DNA from: Octopus sinensis
Lineage: Eukaryota
Reading direction: 5' to 3'
DNA: 64,000 nt
NCBI RefSeq assembly: GCF_006345805.1
Contig: NC_042998.1
Span: 199,268,001 to 199,332,000, forward strand
Shown: positions 1-13,245 of the stretch, one piece after another
How positions within the stretch are numbered: position 1 is the first letter of the stretch
How the letters are laid out: each line of letters opens with the position of its first letter
Program-made: the position numbers and the translations under genes
Notes under the pieces: generated by a model
What the model was told of the DNA's origin: nothing
The model's database searches: none
What the model saw: the letters and a program-made list of their open reading frames with translations, nothing else

Positions 1-94
1 GATGGGCTATGCTACGTCTAGGCGTGCCCAAGACATAACATATCCTACGACGGTGTCCCAACAATATAATAAGGCGGTCCAAGACAAAACAACG

Positions 95-417
95 CTACAC
101 ATATACATGCATACAAACATACATACATACATACATACATACATACATACATACATAATCCATACATCATACATACATACATACATACATACATGCATAC
201 ATACATACATACATGTATGCATACATACATACATACATGTATGCATACATACATACATACATGTATGCATACATACATACATACATACATACATACATGC
301 ATACATACATACATACATACATACATACATACATACGTACATACATACATACATGCATTCATACATACATACATACATACATACATGCATACGTACATAC
401 ATACATACATTCATACA

Positions 418-451
<34 letters not shown>

Positions 452-925
452 CATACATACATACATGCATACATACATACATACATACATGCATACATAC
501 ATACATACATGTATGCATACATACATACATACATGTATGCATACATACATACATACATGTATGCATACATACATACATACATACATACATACATGCATAC
601 ATACATACATACATTCATACATACATACATACATACATACATACATACATACACACATACATACATTCATACATACATACATACATGCATTCATACATAC
701 ATACATACATACATACATACATTCATACATACATACACATATACACACATACATACATACATTCACACATACATACATACACACATACATACATACATAC
801 ATTCATACATACATACATACATACATACATACATACATACTTACATACACACATACATATATACATACATACATACATACATACATACATACATACATAC
901 ATACATACATACATACATACGTGTA
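95..925. repeat. Degenerate (CATA)n tetranucleotide array
   Basis: Continuous CATA units with CATG/CACA/TTCA variants; source of the HTYI/MYVC pseudo-ORFs. Confidence 0.97.
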
Positions 926-1167
926 CATATCTCTGTGAGTGTGTGAATGCGTTTGTAAATAAGGTTATAGTTTAAAGGTAATAGCTCTTGATTGGAGGCC
1001 TTAAAAGGATAAGTAAAACCTCGAATGTGACATTTAAAAATTATTTTCCCCTCCGTACTAGTTTATACGGAAATAATAAACCAAATGAGTGCATTGACAC
1101 TTCAGAACTACCTACATTGGCAGAGGTAACCTTCGATTACATTGACATAAAATAGGAAGATATAATA

Positions 1168-1572
1168 CCTATTTCTTTACTACCCACAAGGGGCTAAACA
1201 CAGAGGGGAGAAACAAGGACAGACAAACGTATTAAGTCGATTATATACGACCCCAGTGCGTAACTGGTACTTATTTAATCGACCCCGAAAGGATGAAAGG
1301 CAAAGTCGACCACGGCGGAATTTGAACTCAAAACGTAGTGGCAGACAAAATACCTATTTCTTTACTATCCACAAGGAGTACAAACAAGGATAGACAAAGA
1401 GATTAAGTCGATTATATCGACCCCAGTGCGTAACTGGTACTTATTTAATCGACCCCGAAAGGATGAAAGGCAAAGTCGACCTCGGCGGAATTTGAGCTCA
1501 GAACGTAACGGCAGACGAAAAACGGCTACGCATTTCGCCCGGCGTGTTAACGATTCTGCCAGCTCGCCCACC
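1168..1572 (-). mobile_element. tRNA-derived SINE family 1, head-to-tail dimer
   Basis: Two ~185-bp bodies (cctatttctttactacccacaaggg...cgaccccgaaaggatgaaaggcaaagtcgac...gaactc) joined at gacaaaatacctatttc; tRNA-like head at ~1500-1572. Confidence 0.9.
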
Positions 1573-3148
1573 ATTAGATGAAATAAGCTTTCACTCAGCA
1601 ACAGGTATAACCGGTGGTGGTACTTTTCCAGAGATTTCTTTTGCCTGTGCACGCTTCTCTCTGATTTCACGCATCACCGAATTCATGCAATGAATTGTGA
1701 GTGAAAAGCTGATTACGACCTCAAAATAATGTCTTACTCTTTGACACTCGGCATAGCCTTCTCCATCTGGAAAACAGCTACATCCCACACCACTACACCT
1801 TTATGACTGTGTACTGAAAAAAGCCTTCGACCATTTCCTATCCAAAGGGTTTTTTAAACCCAATATTTACACGCTGTTGCTTATAGCCTTATCTACTTCG
1901 ATTTCAAACTTTAAAAATTAATTATTTTATGTCTCTCGGAGTTTCTGAATATGTACTTGTGTGTGTGTGTGTGCATGCCTGCGTGTGTGTGTGTGTGTGT
2001 GTGTGTGTGCATGCCTGCGTGTGTGCGTGTGTGTGTGTGTGTGTGTGTATTTATTTATATTCATCTGCATATATAATGCTTCCATATATGTGTTTCTATG
2101 TACGTGTGTGTGTATGTGTATGTGTATTTATTTATATTTATCTGCATATATCATGCTTCCATATATGTGTTTCTATGTACGTGTGTGTGTGTGTGTGTTT
2201 TGTTTATTCAGATTATGCTGGAAAGCATATTAAGATGTGGCTGATGTGTGAGTAAAATTCTTGAAAGTTCTCGGATGTTTTTGTGATCTTGTGGACTTCA
2301 TATAGAAGCTTATTGTTGTTAAACGCAATCTCTTATATTACTTCGACCTCCCTGTCTTTATGCATTCATCCATGAATTCTGCATAATCTTCAATTTGTCA
2401 GTTATTATTGTCTCTCAATTAACCATCTGTGTAATCACTTTTATATTATTTGCTTTTATTTTATAAATTTCATGTTATTTTGTTTTTACTTTATCTCTTG
2501 CTTCTCTTTTTTCTTCTTATTATCTTATTTGAATTAAGGATAGTTAATTCGTCATTTTCTACCAAGCGCTTTTACTTGATTAACATAAGGGTAATTTTAT
2601 TCGAAGAAAATTTTTTCGTAATAATAACAGCACAATATATTTCGACCAGGCTGCTCATCTCTACTGACTAAATCAATGTTTCTTAGCTCAGCTCTGATCC
2701 TCGATATAGTGTGCATATAAGGATTGAATTTTATGTGTATAAACAAAGTTGAACTATTGATGTGACTATAAATGCTGCGGTGATCTGCTGAGGCTAGCTT
2801 TCATTATTTACATCAATCTATGAATAAATTGCATTAATTTATGATGATCATTAATTTATGTAATGGCGAGCATGCATATTCATGCAAACATGTACGCATA
2901 ACTTCTTGCATACTGAAATGAATACTGCGTCAAGCAGTTTGCGAAATGGTCATATCCTAAGGCAATCACGTGGTTGAATAAATAAATATATAATCAAGTC
3001 TCAAACCTCTTAACGTTATGCTTTTTAAATATGTACACACATACACACAAACGCAGTTGCACGTGCGTGCACACAAACATACACACACACACTCACACAC
3101 ATATATATATTTATACATACATACACACAAACGCAGTTGCACGTGCGT

Positions 3149-3221
<73 letters not shown>

Positions 3222-3679
3222 CACATATACACACAAATGCAGTTGCACGTGCGTGCACACACACATACACACACATACACATGGAGATCGGCCATCAAAC
3301 TGTGGAACTAAAAGCTATGACAATCCCCTCCAACTTGACACTACAGCATATTACCAAAGTTCCTAGCATCCGCTTAAGTAAGGAACCAATATTGTAACAG
3401 ATTCGGACACCGCAACAGAAGAGAAAGACACGTGCTCTACATGAAAGATGGAGGTGTTTTTCAGATGTATCAGAACGTAATTTTATTCCAATGAAATTAC
3501 ATCACAGCAAAGGACACAAATAAGAGGTACGGTGTCCAATTACTTTATACATAAAAACAACAACAATTAACCATAGCTTAAGAACTGTACAAACTGAAAG
3601 TAGATTCAATGATAATGCATCAATCTGGCCACAGCCTATTGGCTGTCTCGTAAAAGGGTGTACTGTGTACCGTTGGCGA

Positions 3680-3865
3680 TTTTTTTCCTCTGTCTTCCCT
3701 TCTCTGGATCTTTCCTTCTCCTATGTTTCCGACGAAGAGCTTCGCTCGAAACGTTAAACCGCCCGTCTTTCCTTCTTTCCCGAGCGTCCAATAATACTAT
3801 ATTTGTTCCACGTCCTCGCGTTGATGTGTCTTTTTTTGTGCTTTCTTGTTTGGATTAACTTTACA
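3680..3865 (+). mobile_element. Short non-autonomous repeat (family HH-A) with hammerhead-like motif, probably Penelope-derived
   Basis: Closely matches 55975-56150 (ttttttcctctgtcttcccttc...ggattaacttta); contains gttt-ccgacga-a-gagc-ttc-gctc-gaaac-gt-t-aaac at 3725-3759. Confidence 0.7.
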
Positions 3866-4148
3866 TACACACATACATGCATACATACATACATACATAC
3901 ACATATGTATATACTCGCACACACGCATACACGCACACCTCATCTATATAATTATCGAACAATGAGAACGAGTGCTCACCAAAACATTCGTGGATACAGA
4001 TTATTTGTGTATTAAAGCTACCACTGGTTTCATGTGGTTTACCTCATCAATTGTCAAGTCTATCGCATGAAAACATTGGTGTTCGTTTCTATAGAGATAT
4101 TTATATATATGTGTGCATCCTTATCTAGACATACATATCAATCATAAC

Positions 4149-4303
<155 letters not shown>

Positions 4304-4679
4304 GTGTGTGTATACTCTTACTCAGGGACATATGCACACGTGAATATACATAATACACACACACATATTATTATCATGATTATATATGTGTGTGTGTGTG
4401 TGTGCGTGCTGTGTGCATGTGTGCTGTGTGCATGTATTCACGAATTTGTGTCAGTTCGGCATCGTCGCACTGTGAAGAATTTCACATCGAATTCATGAAA
4501 TACTGAGTTATAACGTAGTGTGTGATATATAAGGCAAATGTATTTTATCATAACCCCCCTTAGACCCAAGACTGGGAAAAGAACAACTATGTGGAAGTGG
4601 GACTAAAGCTGCTATTCAAAGAACCAGGCTTCTCTCACTCTGTGTCATAATGATTTTGCTTAAAATTACGTTAAGGGCT

Positions 4680-4717
<38 letters not shown>

Positions 4718-4719
4718 GT

Positions 4720-4930
4720 TCGAATTTACAGAAAACAAAAGACGAAGACAGGTGTAGGGACAATAAACGGGTGTAGTATTAGTTTGATGCTCGAGAAGAT
4801 GGAAAAGTCTTTTACGATTCGAGTCTACGCTCTTTGACAGGAAGGAATAAGAGGAAAAAATGGGGAGAGAATGAAAAAAAAAAAGAAACGGAGAGAAAAA
4901 TTGTGTAGAGTTCAATGGTCCAGCATGTCG
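4720..4930 (-). mobile_element. Short non-autonomous repeat (family HH-B), degenerate hammerhead-like motif, abutting (TA)n
   Basis: Reverse-complement homolog of 50735-50940 (cttcgtcttttgtt, cgtaaaagactt, gagc..ag.ctcg). Confidence 0.6.
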
Positions 4931-5071
4931 CCTTTGGAACATTAAAACTTGAAGCATATGTAAAGTTATAGATTATAGCGTGTAAATTTTGGTTTAAAAA
5001 CTTATTGGATAGAAAAGCTCAAATGCTGCCCATCAACATTACATACATATGCATGTGTTCGCGTCTGTCTA

Positions 5072-5129
<58 letters not shown>

Positions 5130-5155
5130 TATGTATATATATATATGTATATATA

Positions 5156-5227
<72 letters not shown>

Positions 5228-5265
5228 TCTCTCCTTGTTCTCTCTTTGTTCTTTTCGTGAACTCT

Positions 5266-5310
<45 letters not shown>

Positions 5311-5501
5311 CATGCATATGTATAAAGTATATGTATTATGTATATGTAACACACACACTCATACATACGTATATGTATGTATGTATGTATGTATATATGT
5401 AATCATATCAAAGGGAAATGGAGATTAATTAAAATTTACATTTCCAGTGGTCTAACGTGTAAAAATTTAGTCCAAAGACTATGTATTAGTCATAAAATAC
5501 A

Positions 5502-5710
5502 GTGTACATTTAAACATATGAGGAATCCACTGGTGGAATTCAACACGCTAGAAAGAACAGCTAGGTTCTATAACCACAAAATTAGGGATAGAAATCGACT
5601 GGAACGAAATGAAAAAATATAAACATTTTACTATCTAGTTATAGAACCTAGCTGTTCTTTCTAGCGTGTTGAATCCCATGAGTGAATTCCTCATGTGATT
5701 AAATGTACAC
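5502..5710. mobile_element. MITE-like inverted repeat, ~73-bp arms and ~63-bp spacer
   Basis: 5502-5574 (gtgtacatt...ttcaacacgctagaaagaacagctaggttctataac) is the reverse complement of 5638-5710; the inner ~36 bp are perfect. Confidence 0.65.
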
Positions 5711-5717
5711 CATATCT

Positions 5718-5750
<33 letters not shown>

Positions 5751-6214
5751 TTTCGTATTTCAGTTCATTATATAGTTAAACTTCTACACATTTGCATACG
5801 CGAACACCGACCCGCCTAATAACCACACGCGTACGCGCACGCACACACACATAATTTTGTTCCTATGATACGTATATAGAAGACGTAATGGTATATGATA
5901 TTGTAAATATCTACATGAGCTTTGATACAACCAAAAGAAAAAACAACTCTGACAACAGAATAAACAGCTGAAGCTGTATAATAAAAGAAACATTACAATG
6001 TGTGCTTATGTGTGTCTGTGTATATGTATGCGTGTGTTTGTTGCTCTTAAACCCCACAAAAAATGTTGTAGGTTTGGCTTTTGTTTCAAAGATTTTTCGC
6101 ATTCTCATATGATATCTAATTCCTCATAATCACAGCTTAGGGAGATCTAAAAATATTGATGAAATTTTGGAAAAATTAACTGGAACACATAGTATAACAG
6201 TTGGTCCTAGACAT

Positions 6215-6271
6215 ACACAACTCCTTACACATACATACAAACGTACATACATACATACACACACACATACA

Positions 6272-6305
<34 letters not shown>

Positions 6306-6335
6306 CATACATACATACATACATGCATGCATACA

Positions 6336-6369
<34 letters not shown>

Positions 6370-6675
6370 CATACATACATACATGCATGCATACATTCAT
6401 ACATACATTCATACATACATACTTACATACATTCATAAATACATACATACATACATACATACATACATACGTAAGTACATACATACATACATACATTCAT
6501 ACATACATACATACATACATACATACATTCATACATACATACATACATACATTCATACATACATACATACATGCATACATACATACATACATACATACAT
6601 ACATACATACATACATACATACATGCATACATACACACATACATACATACACACATGCATACATACATACATACT
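6215..6675. repeat. Degenerate (CATA)n array
   Basis: Direct reading. Confidence 0.95.
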
Positions 6676-7689
6676 TACAAGTACAGACGGATATTGTTGT
6701 TTGGGGCAGAAAAGAAAGAGTATGTACTGTTATACAGGCCCTCTGTCAAGTAGATGTCCTTCGAAAATGAAACAAAAAGAGGGAAAATATGGACAACTGC
6801 CTCGAAACATCAAGCTCCTATACTTAGATTATAAATTCACACTTATACCAATTATAAATGGTGCAACTTTGTTTTTGAGTAAATACCTAAGTGGAAATCT
6901 AGATAAGGTTGGGTTTTCAGAAAAAGAAATCACATTACAAATACAAACTTCAAGGGGAACAGTAAAAATCTGCAAGACTTTTCTCAAGTTTAAAATATGA
7001 ATTTGATTTTGTTATCAATATTCCAAGGACGTAGTTTGTAAGGAATCACCCCCACTTCTTTACAAGAAGATTACTAATAATTAGGACTAGTAAAGACTAT
7101 TAACATATACACACATACACATACGTACATGTATATTTGATATATTAAGTATTTTCATCTGAAATTGTGTTTTAGACCACCAATATTGTCCAGTGTAATT
7201 GTTGTTATTACAGCCATAAAAACTCATACACGCACATATTGACTTTTATTTTATGGTTATTTAGTGATATGGAGTGCAGTGGACCGGTGAGGTTTCCCTG
7301 AAAGATTTGATCGATAACCTGTTTTTAGACCTGTTCGTGCAACACCGAAGCATTAGCAGATGCAATATATCACTAGGTATCAAAGTGTTTCGTATATATT
7401 TTTATAAATGTAATCAAGAATTTCGTTCCGTTACATCTCGGTCCTGCTTGAATCCCGCTACGTGCCTTGTACTCTGTCCTAGAGTTGTACCAATGTCTTT
7501 TACTTGTAATTTTGCTGACAGATACTGCGCAGAACCACGTCATCCGCTTATGGCTACGCACACACACATACACACAGTATGTGTGTGTGTATATATATAT
7601 ATGTATATAAAAATATGTGTATATATATACACACACACAATAATGCACACGCTCACGCACACACACACATATATATATACACACACACC

Positions 7690-7734
<45 letters not shown>

Positions 7735-8004
7735 TCAGTCCCTTACCTTATTATTATTATTATTATTAACTTCTTATAATCATCAATAATAATGACCTTT
7801 TTGACTCGTAATACTCTAAATGTATATTTTTGTCACTACCTATCATAAATAGTCTCTTTATACCTGCAATATGCATTTTCGTTGACTTTTCTTATTTTAC
7901 CCTGCCACTTCCACGTGTATTTTATATTTTTTTTCAAAACATATTTCTACTATATATATATATATATATATATAGACAGAGAGAGAGAGAGAGAGAGAGC
8001 TAGC

Positions 8005-8011
8005 TAGATAA

Positions 8012-8102
<91 letters not shown>
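8005..8102. repeat. (GATA)n microsatellite preceded by (GA)n and (TA)n
   Basis: Direct reading. Confidence 0.95.
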
Positions 8103-8689
8103 TAAATATATACATGTCCACATATATGCATACATATGTATATAGAAATAAAATTATGAGCAACAACAGTATAAAACTTAGAAAGTCAAGACATGATACG
8201 TTCGAATTTGTCTTTGAAAATTCAACTTTCCGACTCGAATTACATGATAGTTTTGTAAATTCTTCTGGAAACTTCAGAGGAATATGTACTACCTGTTTCA
8301 TAATTAAAATGAATAGGCTTTGGGCTCAATTTAATTTGCAGTTGTACATGTTGAGAAAGATTAATTAGAAAATTGGTCAACTCCACGAAAACACGCAGCG
8401 AGATAATTGTCTTCTCGAGTCACATTTGAAATTTATCATTTTGTATTGCACGTTTCTATAGTTTTACTTACGTATTTATTGTTGAACATTTCAGTGTTAT
8501 CTTTGAAAGTGAAATATTTGTGTTCTCTTGCAGTAAATGCCAATCAGATTCATTTAAAAATATAATTTGCAAATTTGTATGAAAGAATTCGGGAAGATCA
8601 GAGAGAAATTTGTCTTATTTGTTTGACAAAAACATATTCCTTTTTAATATTTCTTAGTCGTTGACAGAGTTCCTCTCTTTGATAATTAC

Positions 8690-8960
8690 TGCATTTTGTC
8701 TTCACTAAAAGGTCGTTGAATTCGAATCAGTTATCGTGACATAGGTTTGCGAATAGACGGTTTATTCCTATTTACAAAACGTTTATGATAAATCAATACT
8801 GACACCTCGAAGTTGTTCGCCCTTAATATCAGCCAATATTGAGTCCTATTTGTAATATTGGCCGATTCGTCGAACTGCATCACAAGTTAGAACGCCTTTT
8901 AATACTTTCAATTACACAAAATGGTAATTGATAATTTCTGATATTCTATTACATACTGTA
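8690..8960 (-). mobile_element. Possible degraded hAT (Buster/Charlie-like) transposase fragment
   Basis: Minus strand reads NRISEII...(M)QFDESANITNRTQ, resembling RRI..(I/M)S...LQLDESTD.TN..Q around the first catalytic Asp of Buster-type hATs; heavily decayed. Confidence 0.35.
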
Positions 8961-9281
8961 TCATTTAACAGCGAGTTTTATTATTATTATTATTATCTCC
9001 TGCGCTTAGAGCAGTATAAGAATAATTTCCATGGTTCTGTCTGCCTTTAACAACACAAGATTTTCACGAAAGGCTTCTGGAGCCTTAGTTTTATAATTAA
9101 GTATGGGGCTTCATATGATGCTCCTAAGTATTTCCTAAGTATGTTTTATAAACTGATTTAATGCTTTCGAAGATTTTAGAAATCTTAAAAGACGGTAAAG
9201 ATTTGGGAACATAGGAACTATGACAAGTATCAAGCTTTATTTTAAAAGTAGTAAGTTACATACTTTCATTCGCTAAATATA

Positions 9282-9421
9282 CCTATTTCTTTATTACCCA
9301 CAAGGGGCTGAACATAGAGGGGACAAACATGGACAGACATAGGTATTAAGTCGATTATATCGACCCCAGTGCTTAACTGGTACTTAATTTATCGACCCCG
9401 AAAGGATGAAAGGCAAAGTCG
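9282..9421 (-). mobile_element. SINE family 1, 5'-truncated
   Basis: Body matches the family-1 consensus and stops at aaggcaaagtcg. Confidence 0.85.
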
Positions 9422-9648
9422 AAAAAAGATTCGTTGTAGTTTCTCTTGTTTGTGCAGTATCGTTCAGTTCTTACAGTTTTACTAAGCTCTGAATTTATAT
9501 TCATCAGGCTCTGCAAAAATAATTGTTTCGATTTAGTTGTTTGCCATATTTTTGTTTGACAAATTTGACCATAGGGAGGGATTTTCATTTCAATGTAATA
9601 CGGTAAAACGGTAAACACTGCGAAGGCAATAAAAATATAGAATAATTA

Positions 9649-9930
9649 CACTGGTCAACAGCCAATTTTCATCAAGGATATTATATGGTGCTTTATATGT
9701 AGTTTTGTCTGCAGATTTTAAAAATGTAATCGGTTTCCTTCTATCAGGCACAGTTTTTCTGATGAGGCAAGAGAGGTATATAACTCCCATCAGCAGTATT
9801 GCTACACGTAAACATCTTATACAGGTAAATTCTATGTCAAGGCATTGCAAGAACAGTCCTGATATATTTTGTCATGTCTGTGGTTCATTTACCACCAAAG
9901 CTCAGCAACGTGTCATCACAAGTGAAATCA
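9649..9930 (+). mobile_element. 5' end of a Chapaev3/CMC-like DNA transposon with transposase N-terminus
   Basis: Starts CACTGGTCAACA; ATG at 9834 gives MSRHCKNSPDIFCHVCGSFTTKAQQRVITSEI (C-x-N-x-P-D-x-F-C-x-x-C-G zinc-binding start of these transposases). Superfamily assignment is from memory. Confidence 0.5.
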
Positions 9931-10146
9931 ATATTTTACACTTTGACGAAACACTTCTTTCTCTAAGAGAAAGAAGTGTTTTACATACACAAATGAACGT
10001 AAAACCCAGGTGGCCAACAATTACCAAACACTACATACATTACAAATCATTATAAAATCAAAAGTTCATTATACGAAACTCACAAAATGTGTGTTGACAG
10101 TGAAATATAGAAAGATATCAAGCAACAACAACAGCAATATCAATAT

Positions 10147-10562
10147 CTATTTCTTTACTACCCACAAGGGGCTAAACACAGAGAGGACAAACAAGGACAG
10201 ACAAACGGATTAAGTCGATTACATTGACCCCAGTGCGTAGCTGGTACTTATTTAATCGACCCCGAAAGGATGAAAGGCAAAGTCGACCTCGACGGAGTTT
10301 GAACTCAGAACGTAACGGCAGACGAAATACCTATTTATTTACTACCCATAAGGGGCTAAACACAGAGAGGACAAATAAGGACAGACAAACGGATTGAGTC
10401 GATTACATCGACCCCAGTGCGTAGCTGGCACTTATTTAATCGACCCCGAAAGGATGAAAGGCAAAGTTGACCTCGACGGAGTTTGAACTCAGAACGTAAC
10501 GGCAGACGAAATACGGATGCGCATTTCGCCCGGTGTGCTAACGCTTCTGCCATCTCGCCACC
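10147..10562 (-). mobile_element. SINE family 1 dimer
   Basis: Two bodies joined at gacgaaatacctattt (~10321-10337). Confidence 0.9.
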
Positions 10563-12144
10563 TTAACAGCAGCAAAAATATCATCCCTTCAACAACCACC
10601 GCCACCAAAAACAATTGAAACAACCACAGGGGCAAAAACCGCAAAATAAAACGAAACAAAAGACATCAGGCAACAACAACAGCAACAACAGCAACATCAA
10701 TAATAACAGCGACGATTGGAGCAGTGAAGAAAACAATTAACTAGTTGCTAGCAATAACAAGAACAACTGCAAAAAATTAACAACATTATCATGAACCAAT
10801 GAGTTGAGTCTCATTTTAATTGAACGAATTAATCTTTCTCAAATCCTTCTAAACTATCGTAAGCTATAAGAGATATTGTATAAAATAGGCCTCCATACAC
10901 TGTGCCTCCGTAATATACAGGAAACTCAAGGCTAGAATGCATTTTGATCAAATGGATTCAGGGTAGACCTTGCGTCCAATAATAATAACAATATTGTTGA
11001 AGGTTCAAAGGAGGCTCCTGTACCTAATCGCCCAGTCTACAATTTAGACAATGTAGTCTAAGAAATAACAACAGGCAAGATGGCCACTACTGGAACGCTT
11101 TTGATCCTAAAAATGAGGAGCTAAACAACACGATCAAGAATATAGTTGGTCGATGGTCCTCAGTAAATATTGATACCTATTTTATCGATCTAGAAAGGAG
11201 TTACATACAAATTCGACCAAGCACCATTAGAACTCAGAATGTGAAAAAAAAAAATAGAAAAAGTGAAATACCCAAGCTCTATTTCTTCTGCACCCTCGAC
11301 ACAAAGCCAGAAAATTTAGAGAGGGTGGGTCCAGCCCTTTTAATACTTGGCTCCAGTATTTAACTGATACCTGTTTTAATCAACTCGGAATGATGAAATG
11401 AAAAGTTGATCTAAGGCGTTTTACCTATTTCTCAACCTATTCTGCCAAGACATTTTTAATAAACAGCTTTGTGTTAATAAGGATATTGGAAGGGAAGAAT
11501 AGCTATAAATATTATTCAAATCTTTCTCAAGTTACATCATAAAAACAAAATGCAGATGTTAGATAAGGCAGACAGAAAAAACTGGATAGCCATCATTGGA
11601 GTGTCTTTGATCAGCTAGATGATCGACCAGTACTGACCTAGGGCTAAACAACAAACAATTCTACTGCAAGGCAGAGACTACACATTTTGAGAAAAGGTGC
11701 AATAAATTGAATCGACCCGTGTATTTGACTGTCTTTATTGTGTCAGCCCAAGAAGTATGAACGGCGAAGTTGAACTCAGCGAGATTGGAACTTAGAACTT
11801 AAAGAGCTGGAACAATCAACACAGGGCCTCTGTCAATTCTGCCAAACGATATCTGGCATACATATGTTAGGGTAAGATATAGTTAAGTTATTTAACACAA
11901 CTATTTTACTGGAACTTTAATGTATTGACCCCGAAAAGGAAGCGAGAAAAAAAGGAAAAAATACAAAGTCATTGTCCGCGGAATTCAAACTCAGAACGTA
12001 AAAAACCAACAATGAGGCAGAAAGCAACACATTTTTGTGGAAGGTGTAGAATCCACTGAATCAATTCTAGTACTTCGTTGAATTAACCAGGAGCTATGAA
12101 AAGCAAATTAGACCCAGACTGAATTTAAACTTAAAACGTTAATA

Positions 12145-12549
12145 TATTTCTTTACTACCCACAAAGGCCTAAGCATAGAGGGGACAAACAAGGACAGACA
12201 AAGGGATTAAGTCAATTATAGCGACCCCAGTGCGAAACTGGTACTTTATTTATCGACCCCGAAAGGATGAAAGGCAAAGTCGACCTCGGCGGAATTTGAA
12301 CTTAGAACATAACGGCAGACGAAATACTTATTTCTTTACTGCCCACAAGGGGCTAAACATAGAGGGGACAAACAAGGACAGACATAGGTATTAAGTCGAT
12401 TACATTGAACCCAGTGCGAAACTGTTACTTTATTTATCGACTCCGAAAGGATGAAAGGCAAAGTCGACCACGGCGGAATTTGAACTCACAACATAACGGC
12501 AGACGAAATACTGCTCGGCATTTCGCCCGACGTGTTAACGATTCTGCCA
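12145..12549 (-). mobile_element. SINE family 1 dimer
   Basis: Junction gacgaaatacttatttctttac at ~12319-12340. Confidence 0.9.
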
Positions 12550-12844
12550 ATGTTAATAATAACAATACTACGTGCATAAGAAACTCTTTGTGACAATATA
12601 GCGTATATGCAGAGCATCGGACAAGATGCTTAGTGGTATATTTCCCGGTTAGCTATGTTCAGAGTTCAAATCCCGCCGACTTCAACTTTACCTTTCATCC
12701 TTTCTGGGTTGATAAAATAAAGCACCAGTCAATACTGAGGTCGATGTAAGAAAATAATCTTCGATCCACGGCCAAAAATTTTTGGACTACTGCCAAAATT
12801 TGAAAGAGATATCATCACTAATGTTATAATCGTTTCTAAAGCAG

Positions 12845-13245
12845 AGGGCAGCGGGCTGGCTGAATCGTTAGCACGCAGCGGCGAAATGCCTAGCGGTATT
12901 TCGTCAGCCGCTACGTTCTGAGTTCAAATTCCGTCGAGGTCGACTTTGCCTTTCATCCTTTCGTGGTCGATTAAATAAGTACCAGTTACGCACTGGGGGT
13001 CGATGTAATCGACTTAAAACTCATGTCTGGCCTTGTTTGTCCCCTCTATGTTTAACCCCTTGTGGGTAATAAAGAAATAGGTATTTCGTCAGCCGCTACG
13101 TTCTGAGTTCAAATTCCGCCGAGGTCGACGTTGCCTTTCATCCTTTCGGGGTCGATTAAATTAAGTACCAGTTGCATACTGATGTCAATGTAATCGACTG
13201 GCCCCTCTCTTCCCCAAATTTCGGGCCTTGAGCCTAGAGTAGACT
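12845..13245 (+). mobile_element. SINE family 1 dimer with a different 3' tail on the second monomer
   Basis: Head gcgggctggctgaatcgttagcac; junction aaagaaatag|gtatttcgtc at 13080/13081; second tail is cgactggcccctctcttccccaaatttcgggccttg. Confidence 0.8.

Noticed and set aside
2-975. Long HTYI/MYVC ORFs here and at 6.2, 27.0 and 58.5 kb
   Set aside because: Translations of (CATA)n/(TATG)n arrays, which lack stop codons in all frames.
7274-7560. 142-aa + ORF and a CRE-like atgacgtg in a locally GC-richer patch
   Set aside because: No recognisable domain, the ORF runs into microsatellite, and one motif is not enough to call a promoter.
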